Below, piece by piece: positions 58,784 to 64,000 of a stretch of DNA of 64,000 nt. The DNA is from Candidatus Nomurabacteria bacterium RIFCSPHIGHO2_01_FULL_37_25 (GTDB taxonomy: Bacteria > Patescibacteriota > Minisyncoccia > Phycocordibacterales > UBA9973). The stretch spans positions 34,105-98,104 of the forward strand of contig MFTH01000010.1 in assembly GCA_001786765.1 (NCBI GenBank), given 5' to 3'. Within the stretch, counting starts at the first letter, position 1, and every line of letters starts with the position of its first letter. A program made the translations under genes and the position numbers. The notes under the pieces were generated by a model. That model made no database searches, had not been told where the DNA came from, and saw only the letters and a list, made by a program, of their open reading frames with translations.

Positions 58784-59107
58784 TTATGGATAATCAGGTA
58801 AATCTACTATCCCTTGTTCAGGATCTATCCCTTCTATGTTTGGGAAGGTGCTCAATATAACTCCAAGAATAGTCCAGACACCCATCATGATAGTCAATCC
58901 GACAACACCCCAAAGCATATGGCTCTTCCCGGTTGTCTTTTTCTCGTCATTACTCTGATTGTTAATGAATTGAAACATACCGAAAAGAAAATACGCCAAC
59001 GCTAAAGCGAAGAGCAACAGAATAAGCGGGTTTATAATTTCTCTATTAACATTCGCTATAAAACTATTCACGCTCGCATAAGCTATCTTTGTTTCAAATA
59101 AATCCAT
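58784..59107 (-). CDS. TrbC/VirB2-like pilin-family small membrane protein (paralog 1, no signal peptide)
   Basis: Two TM helices separated by a short charged loop; shares its core with the four downstream paralogs. Confidence 0.5.
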   Translation of the reverse strand: MDLFETKIAYASVNSFIANVNREIINPLILLLFALALAYFLFGMFQFINNQSNDEKKTTGKSHMLWGVVGLTIMMGVWTILGVILSTFPNIEGIDPEQGIVDLPDYP

Positions 59108-59118
59108 TGATTCTAAAA

Positions 59119-59511
59119 CTAGAAAGGAGTGGTTGGAAAAGTGATAGTTTGAGGATTTGTATCAATTCCAAAAGTGTTTGTTAGAATCTTTACGAGTCCC
59201 CATACGGTAACAATAACAGCCAAGCCAATTATGCCAAATATTATTCTGTCTCGTCCTTTCTTTTTTGCTTCTGCATCATCTCCAATAACATAAGAAATTA
59301 CTCCCCATACAAAGTAAATGACCCCTAAGATAATTATAATAGGAACAATTTGAGTAAAAAGTTGAGCTATCTTACATAAGATAGCTTCAATTGTGCCTGT
59401 ACCCACACTAGCACAATTAGTAGAAGTACCCCCCGTCGTCACCTGCGCCAATGCCATAACAGGCGCTAGACCTAAAACAAAACCCGACAAAACAATTAAT
59501 TTCTTTTTCAT
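59119..59511 (-). CDS. TrbC/VirB2-like pilin-family protein (paralog 2, with signal peptide)
   Basis: Signal peptide, then IIILGVIYFVWGVISYVIGDDAEAKKKGRDRIIFGIIGLAVIVTVWGLV core. Confidence 0.55.
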   Translation of the reverse strand: MKKKLIVLSGFVLGLAPVMALAQVTTGGTSTNCASVGTGTIEAILCKIAQLFTQIVPIIIILGVIYFVWGVISYVIGDDAEAKKKGRDRIIFGIIGLAVIVTVWGLVKILTNTFGIDTNPQTITFPTTPF

Positions 59512-59622
59512 CCCGTTTAGAAATTATGATATCCGTACATTACCTTTAGGTATATAAAGAAACACAATTCTTACTTTTATAATTTCTCCCGTTTTCTAAA
59601 TTTCTAACGGGATTCAAAACGA
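59512..59622 (-). promoter_or_regulatory. 5' leader inverted repeat (CCCGTTAGAAATT...AATTTCTAAACGGG-ATG) of pilin paralog 2
   Basis: 13/14-bp arms enclosing ~80 nt; 3' arm abuts the ATG. Confidence 0.45.
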
Positions 59623-59726
59623 CTTTGATAATAATTAATAATACTTAATAAAGAACTACCATGCTATTGTACCACAAACAGTATCAAAAAAGAAAGCAAG
59701 CCCCGTCTGAATAAAGACGCTGAAAG

Positions 59727-60302
59727 TTATGGGGGTGGTGTCTTAACTTGTGGAATAAAACTAGTGTTAATCCCAAAGGTAGTACCTAGTATTTCAACCA
59801 ACCCCCAAACGGAAACCATCACCGTCAAAGCAATCAACCCCCAAAGCATAAATTGCTTGCCTTTTTGCTTTTTCGCCTCTTCGTCGCTTTTGATAACATA
59901 CTGCACCACACCCCAGACAAACATCACCATCGCTAAAGCGAAAATAAGAGGAATGATAGCGTTGTTAATAATGGTGGTGATATAACACACAAGGTCTTGA
60001 AATCTCGGATAGGGACCAAGAGTTTGGCAAGTGTCTATGGGCTCAAAGACGGGCCCAGTTGCATTTGTAAGCCCGAAAGTTTCAGCAATAATGCTTACAA
60101 GTCCCCATACAGACACAATAACAGTCAAGCCAATGATGCCATATATTATTCTATCTCTCCCTTTCTTTTTTGCTTCATCACCGCCCCCTATAACATACTG
60201 CACCACGCCCCAGACAAAATAGACCACTCCTAAAGCAACCAAAACAGGAATGATTGAACTAAGAATATTATACGCCTCAAATATTAAATCCTCTATGGTC
60301 AT
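59727..60302 (-). CDS. Tandem-duplicated TrbC/VirB2-like pilin-family protein (two complete core modules in one ORF)
   Basis: Two copies of ...LGVVYFVWGVVQYVIGGGDEAKKKGRDRIIYGIIGLTVIVSVWGLV... / ...LAMVMFVWGVVQYVIKSDEEAKKQKGKQFMLWGLIALTVMVSVWGLV... Confidence 0.55.
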   Translation of the reverse strand: MTIEDLIFEAYNILSSIIPVLVALGVVYFVWGVVQYVIGGGDEAKKKGRDRIIYGIIGLTVIVSVWGLVSIIAETFGLTNATGPVFEPIDTCQTLGPYPRFQDLVCYITTIINNAIIPLIFALAMVMFVWGVVQYVIKSDEEAKKQKGKQFMLWGLIALTVMVSVWGLVEILGTTFGINTSFIPQVKTPPP

Positions 60303-60320
60303 GATTTTAATTCTTAAATT

Positions 60321-60731
60321 TTACGGTCCAAGCTCGGTAACGGTAGCTGATATGAGTTCTGCGATAGCCCACGACCCTAAGAGTATCGCCGCGCCGATCA
60401 AAGTATATAAGAGAGCGTTTTTAGCTTTAGTTAATTTTTCTGAATTGCCCATCGCTGATACAAAAAGAAAACCGCAATAAATGACAGCCAGAGCGACAAT
60501 GGGAATGCCTATTTTTAGCACACCTTCTAAAAGAACCTTGATAAATTCCTGAATGGTATTTGTGCTTATTGGGTTGCAAATTTTATCTTTACAAAGGTCA
60601 GAAGGAGTAGTACCCTGAATAGGTTCAGGAGAAGTAGTCTCTGCAAAAGAAAGAGCTGGCGCCGTAATCAAAAAAGCCATTAAAATTATTCGAAATAAAT
60701 TTTTAGTCAGATTTTTCTTAAAAAAATTCAT
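60321..60731 (-). CDS. TrbC/VirB2-like pilin-family protein (paralog 4; likely start MNFFKKNL)
   Basis: Signal peptide, core IPIVALAVIYCGFLFVSAMGNSEKLTKAKNALLYTLIGAAILLGSWAIAELI. Confidence 0.5.
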   Translation of the reverse strand: MNFFKKNLTKNLFRIILMAFLITAPALSFAETTSPEPIQGTTPSDLCKDKICNPISTNTIQEFIKVLLEGVLKIGIPIVALAVIYCGFLFVSAMGNSEKLTKAKNALLYTLIGAAILLGSWAIAELISATVTELGP

Positions 60732-60759
60732 ATTTAGATTACTTATATTATACATCATT

Positions 60760-61170
60760 TCAAAAAAATCTATCAATATCCTTATAACCTAAAATTGATA
60801 GTAAGGTTTTAACAATAAGCCAAGCGGCGGCGGCAAGGACAAGCCCGATAACGGCATTAGTAAAAATATTCTTTGCTTTTCCCCTAGCTTCTGTACTACC
60901 GCCAGAAGTTACGAGTTTAAAACCAGCGTAAAAGAACATTATGGCGGCGATAGGTATAGCCATATAGAAAAGAATAAAATCAATAATATTGTTTATAAGC
61001 TTCATAAAAGCGGTGAAATTGCATGGCTCCGCAATTGTTCCACTATCATCTGGAGTATTATTGCAAGGAACCAACCCTTTTAATGGATCAAAAGCGGCAA
61101 AAGAAATAACAGGCGCCACAAGCATTAAAAACACAGCGAGGGAAATAAAAAATTTTGTTGTTTTTGTCAT
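60760..61170 (-). CDS. TrbC/VirB2-like pilin-family protein (paralog 5)
   Basis: Signal peptide, core IPIAAIMFFYAGFKLVTSGGSTEARGKAKNIFTNAVIGLVLAAAAWLIV. Confidence 0.5.
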   Translation of the reverse strand: MTKTTKFFISLAVFLMLVAPVISFAAFDPLKGLVPCNNTPDDSGTIAEPCNFTAFMKLINNIIDFILFYMAIPIAAIMFFYAGFKLVTSGGSTEARGKAKNIFTNAVIGLVLAAAAWLIVKTLLSILGYKDIDRFF

Positions 61171-61217
61171 ATGATTTTATGAAATCATTTTATACAATCG
61201 TCCATTAAAGCGCTACA

Positions 61218-62516
61218 TTATCTTAATAATAACAACCCCAACTTGGAGCTTGCGTCAGAAATCGCATTTTCAACGGTCAGATTATTTGAGAGCACTTTAT
61301 CAATCATATTGCGAAAAATGTTGTCTGTGTCTGCGGGTGACGGGTCAAGCCAGCTCCTCGCATAAAGCGCTGAATCATAAAAAATTGAAGAATAGCTATC
61401 AGTCGGCTTCACCTTGAGTAAATCTCGGCGCGCTGGCGCCGTCCCGGTGGCTAAAGCGAACTTGGAAGCAAAATCCCCGGCAGACAAGAGTCCAGCCGCT
61501 GTAAAAGCAGTGTTGAAGTTCTTCGAAGAAGAGAGTATTGCTATCCCTGTTACATTAGCGCCAGTTAACTTAAAAGTAGAATCTTTTATTTGAGGCATTG
61601 GAGCAACTCCAAAATTTTGATTTGGATTTTTATTTACCAAAGACGCAAGCTCGCTCGCAAATCCAAAATAAAATATTAAATCTTCTCTTGAAAATACATT
61701 ATTAGAATTCGAAAATGACCTATTCCAAGAATATACGTCTTTATTTGGGTCAGCGAAATCCGTATAGAATTTTAAAATTTCGCTAAGATTATATTTTGGA
61801 TTAGCTGAAAGGGCGCTCAAACTAGAATTAAAAATTCCATTTTTCTCCAAAACGATTTTATTTCCTGCCTGCATAAAAAGAGTAGTTAAAATAGTTTTGG
61901 CATTAATAACATTTGAAAAATGTCCAAACGCAATCGCGCTTTTTATTATTTTATTTGAATCATCTTTTTTAGTAAGTTTCAGCGCAAGGCTAGTCAAATC
62001 ATCCCAAAAAGCCGGAGGATACACTACCCCATCCGCATCAAGAAGACTTCGATTATAATACATCATAAGAGGGTCAATAGATAAGGGAAAAGCTAGAACA
62101 CCTTTGGAGGTCAAAAATACTTCCCCTGCGCCGGCAAAATTATTCTTAAATGAAGCAAGTGGATAACTAGCATATGGAATGGAAATAATTCTATCAATAT
62201 AATGAAGGGCTAAATTGTCCGGCAAGAGAAACATATCAGGCCCAGAACCCGATGCTAAAGCTTCAAGTAAATCTTGGTCAAAACTTTCCGCTCTTTTTTG
62301 CGTATATTTCACAATAAAAGTAGGATTAGCTTTATTAAATTCCTCGAGAAGTGGAGACATGATATTGTCACCTACCGTTCCCCATAAGACAACAGTGCCG
62401 AGAACTCCCGGTTTGTTTTGCTCTCCAATTGGTATCGCGCCAGAAAAAACTAAAACACCAAAAATAGCTAAGACGATGAAAACAATTGTTATTATAAGTT
62501 GAAAATTTTCTTTCAT
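61218..62516 (-). CDS. ABC transporter substrate-binding protein (family 1, sugar-type)
   Basis: N-terminal TM/signal, SBP_bac_1-like fold motifs. Confidence 0.75.
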   Translation of the reverse strand: MKENFQLIITIVFIVLAIFGVLVFSGAIPIGEQNKPGVLGTVVLWGTVGDNIMSPLLEEFNKANPTFIVKYTQKRAESFDQDLLEALASGSGPDMFLLPDNLALHYIDRIISIPYASYPLASFKNNFAGAGEVFLTSKGVLAFPLSIDPLMMYYNRSLLDADGVVYPPAFWDDLTSLALKLTKKDDSNKIIKSAIAFGHFSNVINAKTILTTLFMQAGNKIVLEKNGIFNSSLSALSANPKYNLSEILKFYTDFADPNKDVYSWNRSFSNSNNVFSREDLIFYFGFASELASLVNKNPNQNFGVAPMPQIKDSTFKLTGANVTGIAILSSSKNFNTAFTAAGLLSAGDFASKFALATGTAPARRDLLKVKPTDSYSSIFYDSALYARSWLDPSPADTDNIFRNMIDKVLSNNLTVENAISDASSKLGLLLLR

Positions 62517-62634
62517 CCCGTACGAAATAGGACGCGTACGCTTGCACTACAGTTGTCCTTTTTATTATTTATAATATATTTAATCGGTTTCATAATTTTG
62601 TTTACTTTCATGCGTCCGCGATTTCGTTCGGGAT

Positions 62635-63150
62635 TCATTTCTTTATAAATATCATACCATAATGATGCTCGCCGGCGTTAATATCTCTATCAAAAACAAA
62701 ACCTTTTTTTTCAAACATTTCACGAGCTTTATTTTTTGGAATAATGGTTGTTGCATTCATAATTTGAGACTGCGACCAATCAATCAACAATACTCGCCCA
62801 TTTTGTTTTAATATTCTTTTTATTTCTTCGATGAACACCTCTTTGTTTTCCACTTGGAAAAGAACGTTGGAAGCAATAACCGCATCTACGATACTATTAC
62901 CTATTTTTGTTCCTTCAATTTTTTCAACATCACCCCAGAGAATTTCTACATTATTTAAACGGGCTTCTGTTATTTTGTTTTTTATTGTGTTCAAAAAATC
63001 TTTATTTATCTCAACAGCATAGACTTTTCCTTGAGGTACCATCGCCCCCGCGGCGACAGAGTAAAAACCAGTTCCTGCGCCCAAATCCGCCACAATGTTA
63101 TTTTCCTTTAGTCCAAAAGCTTTTAAATTTTTTATTGGATCGGTGAACAT
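62635..63150 (-). CDS. Class I SAM-dependent methyltransferase
   Basis: Motif I DLGAGTGFYS, small Rossmann MTase. Confidence 0.75.
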   Translation of the reverse strand: MFTDPIKNLKAFGLKENNIVADLGAGTGFYSVAAGAMVPQGKVYAVEINKDFLNTIKNKITEARLNNVEILWGDVEKIEGTKIGNSIVDAVIASNVLFQVENKEVFIEEIKRILKQNGRVLLIDWSQSQIMNATTIIPKNKAREMFEKKGFVFDRDINAGEHHYGMIFIKK

Positions 63151-63212
63151 CTATACATTATAGTATTAAAAAACTTAATTTGCATTGAAGTTATTAACAA
63201 AAAACCTTGATG

Positions 63213-63880
63213 TCAAAGAGACACTTTGACATAATACAGTGAATGAGTAATAGAGATTATAAAAAATTTAATATTGGATCAATAGCTCACATTTACAACA
63301 GAGGAAATAACAAGGAAAAAATATTTTTTGATGATCAAGATTACAGAGCTTTTCTTTTTAGACTTGCTTTAGTTTTAGGATTTGACCAAAAAGAATTACA
63401 AAACGAAAACTTGTTAAGTATGCCTTATTCCAGAATACGAATTGAATTTAAAGGAAAAAATAAATTCAAAATACATGCTTTTTGTCTTATGCCAAATCAT
63501 TTTCATTTATTAATTGAGCAAGTTGGAGATACCTCAATTTCAAAATTAATTTCAAAAGTCTGTTCAAGTTATTCTAAATATATAAATAAAAAATATAAAC
63601 GTGTTGGACATACTTTTCAAGATTGTTTTAAAGCTGTAATTATTGAGAATAATCCTCAACTAATGTGGGTTTCGTCTTATATCCACATGAATGCAGTAAA
63701 AGATGGTTTGGTAAAACACCCTTCTGAATATTTATGGAGTAGTTACAACGATTACACTTCCCTCAGAAATTTACCGTTAGTTACAAAAGAATTATTAATA
63801 GAAACTTTTGGCGATGAGAAAAATTTTATAGAACAAACATTGAATTTTAGTGTCAAAGTGTCTCTTTGACACCCTTACCT
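63213..63880 (+). mobile_element. IS200/IS605-type element carrying a RAYT-like Y1 transposase, flanked by complementary hairpins
   Basis: Left hairpin TGTCAAAGagacacTTTGACA (63215-63235); right GTGTCAAAGtgtctcTTTGACAC (63855-63877), the reverse complement of the left. Confidence 0.7.
63243..63869 (+). CDS. tnpA: IS200-like / REP-associated tyrosine transposase (HuH Y1)
   Basis: HuH motif LMPNHFHLL, catalytic Tyr region (WSSYNDY), ~200-aa RAYT-length form. Confidence 0.78.
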   Translation: MSNRDYKKFNIGSIAHIYNRGNNKEKIFFDDQDYRAFLFRLALVLGFDQKELQNENLLSMPYSRIRIEFKGKNKFKIHAFCLMPNHFHLLIEQVGDTSISKLISKVCSSYSKYINKKYKRVGHTFQDCFKAVIIENNPQLMWVSSYIHMNAVKDGLVKHPSEYLWSSYNDYTSLRNLPLVTKELLIETFGDEKNFIEQTLNFSVKVSL

Positions 63881-63898
63881 TTGACATATATGCACTAT

Positions 63899-64000
63899 TT
63901 AAAGCTTTTTGTAAATATCCCAATTCTTGTTTGAATCTCGAATAAATCCATCTATTTGAAAAGATAAAAATTCTAAAGCACCAAAATAAATTCCTCCGTG
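63899..64000 (-). CDS. C-terminal end of an unidentified gene (3' partial at window edge)
   Basis: Open frame ...HGGIYFGALEFLSFQIDGFIRDSNKNWDIYKKL ending at TAA 63899-63901. Confidence 0.25.
   Translation of the reverse strand, partial: HGGIYFGALEFLSFQIDGFIRDSNKNWDIYKKL

Noticed and set aside
59764-60480. Plus-strand ORFs overlapping the pilin array
   Set aside because: They are antisense to a coherent family of paralogous minus-strand genes.

Overview
This is an AT-rich (~35% GC) bacterial window, densely packed with mostly housekeeping genes that often overlap or are fused. By inference the gene content and architecture look like a Candidate Phyla Radiation (Patescibacteria) genome: gene fusions, a short SMC, many small pilin-like secreted proteins and no biosynthetic operons. 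The standard genetic code is in use, since TAA, TAG and TGA all terminate conserved genes.

Genes I can support from the sequence:
- Replication, stress and division: topA, a small Rel (RelA/SpoT) protein, parB, an HTH-murA fusion, miaA, a DedA membrane protein.
- D-alanine pathway and cell envelope: alr next to a tandem Ddl-Ddl fusion, map, rseP, frr, holB, mreB, rsmI.
- A complete F1Fo ATP synthase operon on the minus strand (atpZ-like, atpB, atpE, atpF, atpH, atpA, atpG, atpD, atpC).
- Translation and RNA processing: prfA, rpmE, rpmG, rplY, rpmF, rnr, rnc, thrS, an RRM-domain RNA-binding protein, a NusB-NUDIX fusion.
- Others: a DacA-CapA fusion, maf, smc, a TerC membrane protein, an ABC substrate-binding protein, a class I methyltransferase, sppA.
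- RNA genes: tRNA-Leu(CAA), tRNA-Trp(CCA), and a tRNA-Ile(GAT) with an unusual T-loop, bracketed by two MITE copies.
- Toxin-antitoxin pairs: hicBA and relE/ParE with a ribbon-helix-helix antitoxin.
- Accessory and mobile content:
  - A defence-like island at 28.4-35.7 kb: a RhuM/Fic protein, then an operon of an MmeI-like type IIG restriction-modification enzyme, a 4-TM membrane protein and a DUF3800 protein, then a second Fic protein.
  - An array of five paralogous TrbC/VirB2-like pilin genes at 58.8-61.2 kb.
  - An IS200/IS605-type RAYT transposase with flanking hairpins at 63.2-63.9 kb.
  - A GC-rich island (~55-60% GC) at 55.9-58.8 kb holding two membrane proteins and a lipoprotein.

The most unusual content is a set of interspersed GC-rich palindromic mini-elements that stand out against the AT-rich background:
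1. A double-hairpin element inserted in-frame into atpC and smc, with a third copy in an intergenic spacer; it behaves like Rickettsia palindromic elements.
2. A 21-bp palindrome, CCTGCCTGCCGGNAGGCAGGG, inserted in-frame into a zinc ribbon of topA, once intergenically, and once nested inside a MITE.
3. A ~145-bp MITE family with 17-bp terminal inverted repeats, in three copies plus degenerate fragments.
4. A 24-34 bp palindrome family, AAGATTTCCGCATATGCGGAAATCTT; a variant copy abuts a PaaX-like gene whose far side carries the matching inverted half-site.
5. A conserved 5' leader inverted repeat, CCCGTTAGA...TCTAACGGG, placed directly before the ATG of mreB, rpmE, rnr and a pilin gene, with a compact variant upstream of topA.
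6. A duplicated sigma70-type promoter plus a ~170-nt structured leader with compensatory base changes, upstream of the two transcription units of the GC-rich island.

No CRISPR array or rRNA gene was found.
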